NCBI GenBank assembly: GCA_012295275.1
Contig: CM022675.1
Location: forward strand, 2,914,001 to 2,978,000
DNA length: 64,000 nt
Direction: 5' to 3'
From: Chrysomallon squamiferum
Taxonomy: Eukaryota > Animalia > Mollusca
Shown here: positions 26,030 through 39,078 of the stretch, in pieces
How the letters are laid out: each line of letters begins with the position of its first letter
How positions within the stretch are numbered: the first letter of the stretch is position 1
Notes under the pieces: model-generated
The model's database searches: none
What the model saw: the letters and a program-made list of their open reading frames with translations, nothing else
Told to the model about the DNA's origin: nothing
Translations under genes and position numbers: made by a program

Positions 26030-28547
26030 CAGTGTTTCTCAACCTTTTTCACTCTCGACATACCTACGAGCGCATGAAACTGTCGCGACACAGTAATAAT
26101 TTTAAATATTATATAATGAGATCGTAAAATAAATTAAAAAATACATATATGGACTTGTCTGATACAGTTTATTATGTTAGTATCCCAGAATTGCCACTTA
26201 CCTAGTGTGAAACATGTGCCTGGTGTTGTCTTATGACTTCTTGAATATTTGGTCGTATGTGCAATAAGCAAACTCATTTCTTCTTCAGTGGAACGTAGTC
26301 TTTCTCTCTTCTTATTTTTTATGTTATTTAAGGTTGAAAAGCCCAATTCACACAAATAAGAAGTAGAGAATTGTAAAAGAACTAATAGGGCTTTTTCAGC
26401 TAATGCGGGAAATTCCTTTTGTATTGAAATCCAAAATGTATCGATATCTACCTCAGAATGCTTTATTTTAAGACTGCGGTCACTTGAAATCGTAGCCAAT
26501 TCTTCTTCTTCGCATAATTTAAACCCAGTATTAGAAGGAACATCTACAAAAGGATTACGAACCCAGTCGTAGTTTTCAGTGTTCAGCGACGGAAAGTAGT
26601 GGTCGATGTTTCCTTCGAGCGCTGTCAGATGCTCAACCACGATAGGGATCATTTCTTTAGTGCAGTTGGTACGCATTGTAGGAAACATATCAAACTCACC
26701 CAACTTTGCTCTGTTTCTCTAAATAACAATTTTCTTTTTAAGGGCAACCAACTTATCTGTTGAAGTTAGAATATTTTCATTTCGACCTTGCATACTTCTG
26801 TTCACAATATTAAGTTGACCAAATATTTCCGTTAAATATTCCATTTTGGCCATCCAAAATTCACATCGAAGATATTTACAAAATCTTTCAAAAAATACTA
26901 TTAATTCCTTCTGTAATTCATGAACCCGAGTCAACACTACCTTTTGACAGCCATCGAATGTCGGTACGCATGAGTTAGCGAACATGTTGAGAATCCATTG
27001 ATTTGCATAGTTCTTCGAATAATCTCAACTTTATTGGCCTGCTTTTAATGTAATTGACAATTTCAACTACTTGATGTAACACTTGCTTCAAATCTTCTTG
27101 TGATACTTTTGAAACTAAAACTTCTCTATGTAAAAAGCAATGAGTACGAACAAGATTTGGATTTTCTTTCTGTGCTAGTGATGCAAAACCTTTAATGCAG
27201 CCTACCATACATGCTGCACCATCAATACAAATACCAACACAAAACTTCCACGTCAAATTCATTTTTTTAAGATAGCCAGTTATCATATCAAAAATATCTT
27301 GACCTCTAGTAGTTGTTGGCATTTCTTTACAACACAAAAACTGATTGATTATTTCATCATCATTAATGAAACGAACAAATACAAGCAATTGAGCACTGTT
27401 ACTGATATTGATCGATTCATCAACTATTAAAGCAAATTTAGATCCTTCAAGTTTTTTCAGAACATTAGTTTCAATGTTTTCAGATAAATCTACAATTCTC
27501 CTGTGTATTGTATCATTTGAAAGCGGAATTTTACTAATTTCTTTTTCAGCTGTTTCACCTAACATGGATTTCACCATCTTTTTACAAGTGTGAAGGATAA
27601 CTGACTCAGCAAGAGTGTGGGATTTGGATTTCATTGCTATTATTTCAGCTACCTCAATTGAAGCGAGTTGAGCCCGTTCAGACACGGTCATTGTTTTCTG
27701 AAAAACATTGCGTTGCTTTGATTGCTGTTGTAACAGTCTTTGAAAATAATTAAGATCTTTATCTTGTAGGTAGGAATGTTTAGTGAAATGTCTTTGTAAT
27801 TTATTTGGTACCATGGATTCATTGGCCATTTTTTCACCACAAACTATACATAATGGACATGGTTGAGCAACATCTCCTGACCAAGAAAATCCAAACTTCA
27901 AATAATCATCACAATACCCTCTATTATGGTGAACTTTTGCCTTTTTTGTGCTGGATTTTGTGGGCTTCATTGTATGTTCTGTTTCAACCTCACACCTGTC
28001 TCTAACATCCTTCCTTTTAACAAATTTATCCATTGTGAAGGGGTATTCAATCTGTAATTTAGAGGTCAAAATTGAGTGTGCAATACGATTGAGTTTGATG
28101 TAAGTAAATAGTAAACACTGTTAACTGAACAGATTTGCCGTGACGACAGATTTGCAAAGTCTGTTCTAACTAGCATAATTTCTTAACTAAATACACCTAG
28201 TTAGCTACATCTCTTTACTAATAAGTGTTTAAGAATGACAATAATTTAAAACACAGCGAAGTTAATTCGGTAATCGGCATTACGCACGTGCACACACGAC
28301 CAGTGCGGAACAACACCACACACACAACCTATCACACTGACGTCTCATGGGCGACCTTGAGCGAAAGGTGCAAAGGTTGGTGGCCGCCACTGACCGGTGG
28401 ACTTTGAATGTGTGCATATTCATTGGATAAAGGAAGTTGCTTCTTCCAAGGCATATTAGTAGAACATGAAACTGAGATTTATGCACATTGTCCGTGTTTT
28501 CAGGTGTTCGTCACAAAGTTTCGCGACATGGCGGTTGAGAATCACTG
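26030..28547 (-). mobile_element. hAT DNA transposon, Buster/Charlie type, with both ends present (2518 bp)
   Basis: TIRs CAGTGTTTCTCAACC (26030) and CAGTGATTCTCAACC (reverse complement ending 28547). Identical 8-bp TSD GCTTAAAC at 26022-26029 and 28548-28555, with the central TA typical of Buster elements. Confidence 0.95.
26202..28033 (-). pseudogene. Frameshifted hAT transposase (ZBED5/SCAND3/FAM200-like)
   Basis: Begins MDKFVKRK. Contains the BED finger CIVCGE...LQRHFTKH, FALIVDES, ICIDGAACMVG, HCFLH, STSYLCELGFS, and ends QAHVSH*. Split over at least three ORFs by frameshifts near 26975-26945, 26715 and 26275. Confidence 0.9.
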
Positions 28548-29429
28548 GCTTAAACTCTCACCAGTGCCCACAATAACTTGGTGGCCAACATACTTTTTAC
28601 CATTTGATCTGAATTCAGGGTGGCATCTGTCACATGCATCTAGCTTATTATATGGCTTACATCCACTTATTTCTGATGGTAAGTCACCTTCTGGGGTGCT
28701 GACATTCAGCAAGGTTCGACATACAACATCTATAATTGGTCCACATCTGCTGGCTGCAGTCTCGTGCTTGCCAACCATTTCCATCATCTACAACTTCACA
28801 TCTGGTAAAACAAATAACCCAGTATCTGGGTCTTTCAAATGAATCCCATGTCTGGCTTCATTGGCAGCTTCTAGCTTTATGATGTGGCATTGTAGTTTGT
28901 TATTTTCCATTCCAAGATTTTTTAGTTTTTGTTTCAACTTGGAAGAAGGAATAAATAAAAACGTGTACATAAGTTTGGGACCCGTCAGTATAGATTCCTT
29001 TTATACTGTTTTTGGTTGATGAAAATATAGTAACCCTAGATATCATTCAATCAAAATTTTTAAACGCGGTCATACTGTGTAGCGTTATGAAAAAGGTTGA
29101 AAACCACTGGTGTAGGGTTACCTCCCATTAGTCATAAGACTTATTTGTCATACAGTTTATAACAACATAGGTCAAGGTTAGGTTCACACTGAAACCTCTG
29201 TCCGTTACCTCAATAAAAAGAAGGGTATGATCCCACATTGTTGTATATTGTATGACTACCGGCAATAAATAAATGAAAGAAAGGCTTATAATGATTTATA
29301 TATTTTATTTCATACAGATAACTTGATCACTTAGTTAAGTTTCAGCAGATAGATTTTGTAGGCTAAGAATGGAAGAGGCGTTTTGACTTTCTGCTGCAAT
29401 TGATGCTTGAGTCTAACTAGTCTGTTTTC

Positions 29430-29720
29430 CATCAGGAGTCAAGAGGAATGATGGGAATAGTGTGACTTTCTCTTCATTGTAAACAGCATTCAGCTGTGTT
29501 GTTTCTTCTCTGGCCCGCTTTTGCATAGTGCTGAGGAACTTCAGACGCTCTGAATCTTGTGATGCGTGGGTGTGGTCAGTGGTGTTCCTGACGTGATCAC
29601 GAACTGTAGTGCATCTTCCATTGCAAGTCTTGACGACACACTTCCAGTGAGTACAAGTCTCTGGAACAGCGTTCTTGTTGTAGACAATGAATACTCCACT
29701 TTGTAAAGTCCATGCATTGT
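29430..29720 (-). mobile_element. MULE/Mutator transposase N-terminal fragment (FLYWCH-type zinc finger)
   Basis: VYNKN...THWKCVVKTCNGRCTT...TTDHTH followed by MQKRAREETTQLNAVYNEE...FPSF matches the FLYWCH W-x-C..C..H-x-H pattern and the linker that follows it in MULE transposases. No DDE domain retained. Confidence 0.7.
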
Positions 29721-30217
29721 GCAAGTGTGCCAAGGTTTGACATTCTTGAGTTATATATATATGCAAATGTCTTAACAATCGTTTTTTTTTTTTTTTTTTT
29801 TTTTTTCATTCATTGCATTATCAAAACATGTCTCATACAACTAGAGTAACCTTGAACACATGCTGCCCACTGGAGTTGTGATTACAAGAGTTAGCAGTGA
29901 GACACAGCCAAGACTAGTTGATCATTCTCCACACAGGGGTGCCCAGCTTACTTACTGCTCGACTGCTTTCCAAATTGTATGACTACTGACCATATGACTG
30001 TTGGGAGGATACCGCGTATAGTGATTACAAGAAGAATGGAATCATTGTTTATTAGGATTTCACAAAGTGCGATCATTTCATCTTGTCCACGCAGTAATCT
30101 AATTACCTGCTAATTGTTGTCATTGTTTAAGAAATGATTGTACTTGAAAACACCGAGTGCTGCTATTGACAATCCTAATTACTGTATAAAATGTTCTTTT
30201 GTTCTTGAATTTGTTTT

Positions 30218-31274
30218 TTACACTAAAAATAACAAAGCACGTATTTGTCCTGATTTCACACTTGTAAAAAGTTTTCTGTCACTCTGTTTAGATTTGTGTG
30301 AGTAAGAAAATCTACAAACAAAAGAGTCAACAACAATTTCTGATTTGCCTTCAAATCCACACCATGTGACTCCTCCCTTAACATTAACAAACAAGCTGTA
30401 CTCTGTGTCTTTAGTAATCTTTACTGGTCGACTGAACACGACGTCATACACTCTAGACATGTCGGAGACAACGTGTTCATATCTCTGTGTCAGTGTAAAC
30501 CCGTCCAGTATTTCATCTGTTCTTGTGTCAGTGACAAAGGCGCTGACGTCGCAGTTTCGTGGGTCATGTTGACCGTACAACTGAAATCCGCGAAGTAAAG
30601 CGTTTTTGTTGACAGAGAAAGTAATGGCTTCATCTTCTTTACCAGAACATGATGAGCTGTAACCATAGTCAACAAACCGGTTTATTGTAATCTGTGTCGT
30701 CGTCGCAGTTCTCTTGTCTGAGTTAAACGGTGAAACATCTTCATCGCTGCTCACCCAGTGTTTCAAAATCTTGAATCCTTCAGCCTCAGTGAGTGTGTGA
30801 GTGGGTGTCACATGTTCTACAAAATACGTCTGATCGAGTAATGGATAACGCACATGCTTCACGACCTCTCCCAGTGCTTCACACATGTTTTTTACATTCG
30901 TCTCTCTTCCTTGCTTCCTGCATGCGCTGTCAGCCCACTTCACAGTGGCTTCAAAAACATTTTTCTCGTCTGCTGTCAGTTCGTCTGATCGTACGATCTC
31001 AACCAGACATTTGTGACAAAGATCACTGACTTCATCTGACTTCAAAACTTCGTCGCCATTTTTCAAAATGTAGTCCAGAGTTTTTTTCCTTAGATCATGT
31101 TCATCAAACAGGTGAGCATGTTCCAGCACGACGCACGCATTCTGTGACGACAACGACGACTCCAAATATTTTGTGCATCGGTCTTCAAGTGTTGTGACGA
31201 AGTACTTCCTTGACAGATACAGCAGACCGGTGACATTCTGGCCTGTGAGGACGACGTCATCTGTATAAAGATAT
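30218..31274 (-). CDS. BTB/POZ-BACK-PHR protein, coding exon 2
   Basis: Acceptor cttcttttacag|A joins exon 1 in frame (K-YLYTD). 254+1057 nt = 437 codons including the stop. Encodes the BTB end, BACK (EKNVFEATVKWA...VRYPLL) and PHR domain (INRF...EAITFSVNKNALLRGFQLYG...GQIRALLF). Confidence 0.9.
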
Positions 31275-31574
31275 CTGTAAAAGAAGTAGACTTTAAACTG
31301 TGAGACAACTATGTGAGACTTCATCCATGTAAAAGAAGCAGAGTAAGACTTTAAACTGTGAGATGACTATGTGAGACGTTATCCGCGTAACGATATCTGT
31401 GTAAAAGAAGTAGAGTAAGACTTTAATATGTGAGATTATTTAATTAGAAAATAATTAAATTACTAACAAAAACTGTATTGTTATCAATGTTTCTGTCTGT
31501 CTGTATGTCTCTCTTCCTCACTGTTCGTACGTGTGTCGCTGTGTGTGTGTGTGTTTGTGTTTTTGCTAACATAC

Positions 31575-31828
31575 TTTAAAAACTGTGTAAAAATATCTGC
31601 CTGCACATCAGGCAAGATGATGCTATTTTGTTCACGGAGTCCTCCCATTAGCATGCTGTGGAAGACTTCGCTTCGTATCATGAGGATGAACCGATGTGCA
31701 TCAACAACTGTTTCATCTTCTCCAACAACAAATCTGATGTCGCTGTCTGTTCTCGTATGAAAAACGTGTTCAATACATTCTGTTAGTTTTTTCCCTGTCT
31801 GCCAACTTGAAACTTCTGAGGTGGCCAT
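31575..31828 (-). CDS. BTB/POZ-BACK-PHR protein (BTBD1/2/3/6-like), coding exon 1
   Basis: MATSEVSSWQTGKKLTECIEHVF...SDIRFVVG...AHRFILMIRSEVFHSML...LPDVQADIFTQFLK is the BTB N-terminal half. Acceptor tttatag lies just upstream of the ATG, and the donor AA|GTATGT starts at 31574 (phase 2). Confidence 0.9.
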
Positions 31829-33204
31829 GTTTTCACTATAAACAAATAATAATATTAATAATAGTAATAATAATAATATGGAATGGAGAGAAAGAAAACG
31901 AAATTGTTCGGAGACAGAACTGTAACAATAAAAAAATGTAAATAATAATAATAATAATAACCTCATACTAAATATAATGTTAACTTGTTTCTGTGTACAG
32001 GTCAGAGTTCTGTTGCAGCGCCTCGCACTGCAGTGACCAGGTTTCTATATTTATATCTAGCTATGACCTGTACAAACAAACATTTTTATGTAAAGAAACA
32101 ATTAACCGAAGATAATTTCTATCAAGGGACTACTTTCTGTTTAACGCATGTACTGTTCAATGCTGCAATGAGAGATGTAAAAATAAACAAATAAATAAAA
32201 GAGAATGAAAGAAAGAAAGAAAAAAAAAATCAGATAAATATATACCGAATCGATAAAAGATGAAAAGAAGTACATTATGCATACACTAGTGATTATCATG
32301 ATGACGTCCACCGCAATAATTATTATTATAATTATTATTATTATACACAGACATGTCTGGTCACAGTCAGGTAAGGAATATTTCACTGCGGCACAAAAGA
32401 TTTTCAAATCGCAATGTACATATAGTGATTTACACAATTTACTCCTTGAAAAAACAACATAATTAACCAAAAATAACAAATCTAAAAAGAAACACTATAT
32501 AAGAAAAATAAAGGAACAAGATATGATGTTTTTAAAGTAGAAAACAATACAAAATACCTTGCAATTTCAACTTCCTGATCGACAGTTTCTTACAAGTGAT
32601 TATTTTCTGTCTGTCGAATCAACTGTAGATCACAGATATCACTGATCTAAGAATAAATGAAATAAAATATATAAGATGGCAATAATAATAATAAGGGCAA
32701 AACTAACAGTAGTAGTAGCAGTAGTAGTAGTAGTACCATACTAAAGACTTTAGTAAAGTCAGGTTATACATAATCTTTATATTTAAATTTTAAAAAAACC
32801 CTCGCAATTAAATAATCTATTAAAGAACTAACTTTGATATATTTAGTAATAAATTAAGAACACCGGAATCGTTCAAACATAATAAAATATAAAATATCAT
32901 ACACTTTCAATATGGCTGACTAATTTCACTTCTGCTTTGTAAACTTTTAGTTATCAAACCCTTCACCGATAAACAGGCGACAGACGTCAAATATCACTTT
33001 GTTAGGTTTCAGTCTCAGATTAAACTAAACAAATCGTTTTACGAGATATTTGTATACTCATCTTACATACATCTTCTCTACAACAGATAACTTTAATTCT
33101 AATTCTGTAGATTAAGTACTACTAGACTGCATTGTTTATATGCGAGTTATAAAGGTAATTAATAATAATAATAATAGTAATAATAATAATAATAATATCA
33201 ACAA

Positions 33205-33235
<31 letters not shown>

Positions 33236-33889
33236 AACAAGAAATATGTACGTCTTATTTCTCTGACGAGGCTTGCATGACCAGGTTTCAGTTTCAAAGT
33301 AATCTGCCACTGACTGTTTGTTTGTTATGTAGGTCATAAAAACAGCGTGTCACTGCTACACGAGACACACACACAAAGATATACTCGGGTGTTATTTACA
33401 GCGATCTGACAAATTCATTGTTAATATACAATCTGCCCATAAGTGTAGAAATAACCCGTGAAAATAAGAAATTATTTACATTTGTCAGCGTTGTGAGAAG
33501 ATACACAATTTCAATGAAGATGATAAAGACAAGCAACTAACAAACTCATAAATAGAAAATAATAAAATTATATGAGATAATATTATCACGTCATCTACTT
33601 ACATACACCAGATGGTAAGAAACATTTTATAGTCGGGTCTAGCACATATTTTTTCATCTTTAAAAAGCCTTGCACTATAACGCTGTTTGTTACATGTATA
33701 TCCATAGCAGCAATAATGTTTATTCTTTTTTTTCTTTTCTTCTTATTTTTTTTTTTTTTTTTTTTTTCCCCGTTGTAGATGAAAACAAATGCAATAATAT
33801 TTTATATACTGGGAACAAGGAAGGAATGAATGAAGAAAGGAAGAAAGAAAGACTGAACGAACGAAACACATGCAAAGTAATAAATAAGG

Positions 33890-33963
<74 letters not shown>

Positions 33964-35779
33964 AATTAAATTAAAAAAGAACAATATAAAATACTTTGTA
34001 GTTTCAAAATAGATACCTACCTGAAAAACGTCCTGATCAATAATTTCTTAGAAATGAGTAATTTCCGTTTAACAACTCTGCTATTGATCACTGAGATCAG
34101 GGATCTATAGATAAATCTATAAATAAATAAATAAATAAATGAAAAGAATTAAAGTAATTTAAAGTAATCAGATTGACAAATAAATAGCATAAGTAATAAA
34201 TGAATCATTGAACTATATTTAGGTGATACTGTTATTACTACTACTACTACTACTGCTGCTATTATTATTATTATTATTTTTATCTTTATTATTATTATTA
34301 AATCTGTATGCTAGGTACGAAAAAAGCCTTTAACAAAATTCAAACCAAACATGTATAGCCTTCACAAAATAGATAATAATTTCAATATGTCTGATTTGTT
34401 TTAAACAAAGCAATAGTACAGCATATATTAAATGACAATAAAATACATAATACCTTCAAATTTCAAAATGGCCGACTACTTCTGAAAGCTCTGTATTATT
34501 CTGTTTGTTTCACTACTTCTGTATAATGCATCCTGTTTGTCAGTGGTTTTCCTAGAACTGACGCCTTTCTGTTTGACAAGGTCACTGAACACTTTGTGTT
34601 TTGCTCTTTACAAAGTCGCCTGTTGCTAATCACGTGACTGAAATTAGATATTGTACAAGTCAAACCACGATAGATACATACAAATGTTTAATTATATACA
34701 ATTTGTGTAAACCTGTTAAATAAAAAAAAAAAAAAAAAAAGAAACAGAAAAAAAAAATCTTTATTTTGTCATTAGTTATTTTGTCTAAGATATTTATATT
34801 TATTTCTAACTCAGTATATTGATGAAAAAGTTACGTTAACAAGTGTCAGTTATTTAGGTCAGATAAAAATATTGTGTGAGGTTTAATGGCGACAAGAAAC
34901 GTTCGTGAAATACTACGATCGTGAAATATGCAATATAATGGTGGAATCAGAGCACACGGGACACTCATTTATTTGTGTGTGTTATGAGTCAGAGCGATCT
35001 AAACACAGGGTGACAAATACCACCTTTATTATGTTTAGTATAAAAACGAAAGCTTTGTTCAAATACTAACACTTGTACTCATCACTGTGGTAATATAGTT
35101 TGTTTATTTATTTATTTATTTATTTATTTATTTGTTTGTTTCACTTTTTAATTTATATGTTGGTATTTTTATTTATTTATTATTTTACTTTCTTCTTTTC
35201 TTTTCTTTTATTTGACTACAAATGTGTATAATATATAATACAACTAAAACAAGCTAATATAAAAATAAAAGTAAATTAATGTGTTAAAATACAGAAGTCT
35301 CAACAACATTAGTAAAAACCACAATAATAATAATAATAAGAAGAAGAAGAAGAAGAAGAAGAAGAATTAACATGTTTTAGAGGTATTTGTTCATATAAAT
35401 AAATTGACATGTTTTAGACATAAAATAATATTTGATCACATAAACAAAAGTATATATTATTGTGAGAAAGATACAAAAACAAAATAGAAAAATAGATCAT
35501 AACGAGAACGTGTGTTACATTTTCACTAAACATATTACAAAATTCACATTTAACTGAATCTTTTTATACGATATAATGCCAAATGTTTGTTATTAAGACA
35601 AATCATAAATTCTTGTACTGAAAGTACCTAAGCTCGGTGTTTGTAGTTAGCTTCCCACCATTTGTCACAGAACTCTGTACCAAATTTATACTTTTCTCTT
35701 TTCCTTTTTTATTTTTTTTTTATTAATAGCTAGCATTAAGACACTATAAATATAAAATTGTGGTCTTAAGTTATATATT

Positions 35780-36905
35780 TTCTTTTCTACAAAATTAAAT
35801 GCATGAAATCCAGTTGTTGTTAGCAAAAAGAGCTTTTAAAAATAAAATTCCTTTCTTTGCCACTGTCTTATTAAGCTGATTTATTATCAGTTTTAATGTG
35901 AATATTATATTATATCTATTGACGTAGTATTTTTATCTTGTCTCTTATGCTTTCACATTTCTCTAGAAAGTATGACCAGATATGTAATACATTTTTCCAA
36001 AAGGAATTTGTGTGTTTCAACAATTTTGCTTCACTGTAGGCTGACCCTAAAATTAATATCAGTGAAGCTTTTCATTATAAACAGTTACTCGAAAGAGAGG
36101 CAATGTCTTGGCTAAAATTTATATCTTTAATCCACGATATCTTTACCCATTAAAAAGTAACTTAACAATTATTGCTCTTAAACCACCATTTTGATAATAG
36201 TCAAATAATGGGGCAGCGGGTGTTTGTTTTTTTCTAGCTATTTTATCAGGTTTTTTATTCCAAATAAACTGAAAGAAATGGGTTTCTAATATTTTAAAGA
36301 AATAGTTTGTTGGATTTGGCAGTGAAGAAAAAAAATAAACAATTTTCGATAAAACTAAACTTTCAATTGCAGTCATTTTTCTTAGAGGAGACTAAGAACA
36401 TTTTGACCATTGTTCAAGCAGCCTTTTAACCTCATTCAACTTTGCATTAAGATTTAATTCTTGTATTTGATATAGATCCGTGGAAAACCGTACCCGAAGT
36501 ATTGTGAATTCAATTTTGATCAGATTGTTGGTCTTTCCCTAAGTTTATTATATTTGTTTGATATGCATTAACTTTAAGACCAGATACATCGATCAAATAT
36601 TTTGTTTCCACAGATGCTCACAGAGTTTTATCAGACCAACCTAACAGCAACGTTGTGTCGTCGGCGAACTGTGACATTTTTAATTCATTGCCGTTGATCT
36701 CAATCCTGTATATACGTTTCTTATTTCTTACCAAGAATCCAAGAATCTCAACATAAAACATGGAAACACAGTGAAATAACAGATCACTTTGTCTGTATCC
36801 TCTGTCACATTTCAAGAGTTTAGTAATTTTACCATTTATGTATAAACATGATTCCTATTTATTAGAAAAGGTCGATATCCATGTTTGATTTGAAACTCCG
36901 AAGTT
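35780..36905 (-). mobile_element. Degenerate non-LTR retrotransposon ORF2 fragment (L1/Tx1 clade reverse transcriptase)
   Basis: RGYRQSDLL (RGCRQGDPLS), MSQFADDTTLLL (YADD box), ESLVLSKIVYFFSSLPNP, FIWNKKPDKIARK and NGGL, across broken frames. Confidence 0.85.
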
Positions 36906-37222
36906 AATATAATTGTTGTTGTTGTTTTTTGTATTTTTTTTTTCTACTTCCACGATATTGTATCAAAAGCTTAACAATCCAAAATCTAAAATTATTTAAG
37001 AATAACTTCGAAACGCTAAAGGGAAATAACTCCAGCTGTCTCTCTATGCAAGTGATACAGGAATTATCTCCCATTCTATCAGTAAACACTTTTGTTGTCT
37101 GCTAAATGAAGACTGAAACACGACGTGTTTGTTCCTCGACATTTGCTGTGAGTGGTGATCATTAAATAACAGGATTATTATCATTATTATCGTTATTATG
37201 ATGATTATTATTATTATTATTA

Positions 37223-37292
<70 letters not shown>

Positions 37293-38494
37293 CATTATGA
37301 TTATTATTATTATTAATTTACTAATAGGAATTACACTGTATATTAATAAATTGTTGAAACAGGATAAAGTGTATATAATATACACCGATATGTTAAATTG
37401 CTCTTGCACTTCATACTTATGAAAGCTTGGTTTAGAAAAAACTAATAACAAACTCAGATGGAAGGCGGAGATGTGATTACTCAGAGCTCACGAATCTACT
37501 TTTATATGTAGCCTCGCAGCTGTACGCGTTGTTGTCTGTGTCTGTCTCTCTGTGTGTGTAATTTAGGATCGAACGCTTGGTACTCACTCACTCTGAAGGC
37601 AGATGATGTCACCGTTCAGCCATGAAGACAACCTTGAACAGGCTGCCCAATAACCGAGGTAATCACCGCTTCCCACAAAGCTTGCCGTATTTTGACTTTC
37701 GTTATTTCTTTGTGTATCTGTTTTCCTGGAAACATAGCACTGGCAAGTGTGTATTTAGAGTTGAATATTCCATTTCTGTTTGTGTCATCTGCATAATAGT
37801 TAAGCAGAGTTAGAGCCAGAAGGTCTTAAGTGCATATATTAATAAGATATTTTTACGTACTTTTTCTATGTGTACATATCCGAGTGTCTGAGTATGTCTG
37901 TCTGTCTGTCCCTCTCTCTCTCTTTCTCTCAGAATGTTACATTTATTTATTTATTTTATATTTACTTTTTCAAAAGTAGTAAGTTATTTATGTATAACTT
38001 TGTATATATGTGTATGAAATGTTTCATTGTTATAAATCGGTTTAGTATTAGGGTTAGGGTTAAGGTTAAGATCAGGTCTGGAATAAAATTTATTTTAATA
38101 TCAGTTATCTTTCAAGATGATTTAATTTTTTTGCCAAATGTTACCAAACTTCTTAAGTCATTCCGGTTGTAAAAAATAAATATGGTTATTATTATTAAAA
38201 CTTTAAAAGAAGTCTGTTATATTAACATTCATATTCATTGCAGTCTTTTTTCAGTTCATTATGTACGTAAAGTATATAATTCACAAATACTATGACCAAA
38301 ACGAAGACGTTTATAACTTATAACATAAGAATACAAAAGCCTGGTTTTATTTATAAAAATGTAAACCATGCCTTATACAGGTTAGATATTGCTAGACATG
38401 AAATATGATTACAACGAAGATAAAGAACTTAGATCATTTAATATGGAGCTGATGGCACTATTTCATTCTTCTTCTTCTTCTTCTTCTTCTTCTT

Positions 38495-38525
<31 letters not shown>

Positions 38526-39047
38526 TTATTATTATTATTATTACTACTACTACTACTACTGAATCTTTATTTATTATTATATTTTAATTCATTTATTTAA
38601 TTTTATCATTCCAATACATATAGCTTTTATTATAATTTTAATTAATTTATTTAGAAGAGGATTGATACCAGCTCATTACTGTATTTATTCTTTGATCTTA
38701 TTCTTTTCAAACATGTGGTAAGTCAGATTTATTTTAGTTAAGGGTACACCAACCCTAGAATGTGACAAATACAAAGCGTATTCAACAGCGCAGGCTGCAT
38801 GCAAGTTATTTAAACTTTCTTTCTTTTGTGTTTTCTTATTAACTGTCTCTCTGACTTTTCTCTCCAGATTCACAGAAGTCTCACATTATTAATTTAAATC
38901 TTTATTTAGTGAACTCGCACAACCAGCTTGCAGCACCCAGAAAACTAAACGATCATTCAACCAGCTGGGTGTCGTGCCTGAACAAGATGTTTTTCACGAA
39001 TTTTGAACAAACATTATTCCAATAAGGAAAACAAAAATAACTTGAAA

Positions 39048-39078
<31 letters not shown>

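Larger units (their letters stand above)
25652..28960 (-). pseudogene. Degenerate DDE-like transposase of an older element (N-terminal half), interrupted by the hAT insertion
   Basis: 28556-28960 reads ...MMEMVGKHETAASRCGPIIDVV...GDLPS...KKYVGHQVIVGTGESLS up to the TSD. Past the element, with frameshifts, it continues FTVVGTE...MSGLMSDRAAVM...LEFLHCNVHYLLGL...RLIREAC (SDRA Asp and CxxH motifs). Confidence 0.7.

Noticed and set aside
26030-29109. hAT element boundary using the longer-matching TIR at 29088-29109
   Set aside because: The flanks differ (GCTTAAAC vs GTGTAGGG). The end at 28547 has the exact TSD.
31275-31574. ORF-track extensions of the two BTB ORFs
   Set aside because: They are intron read-through. 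GT-AG splicing gives one continuous domain.
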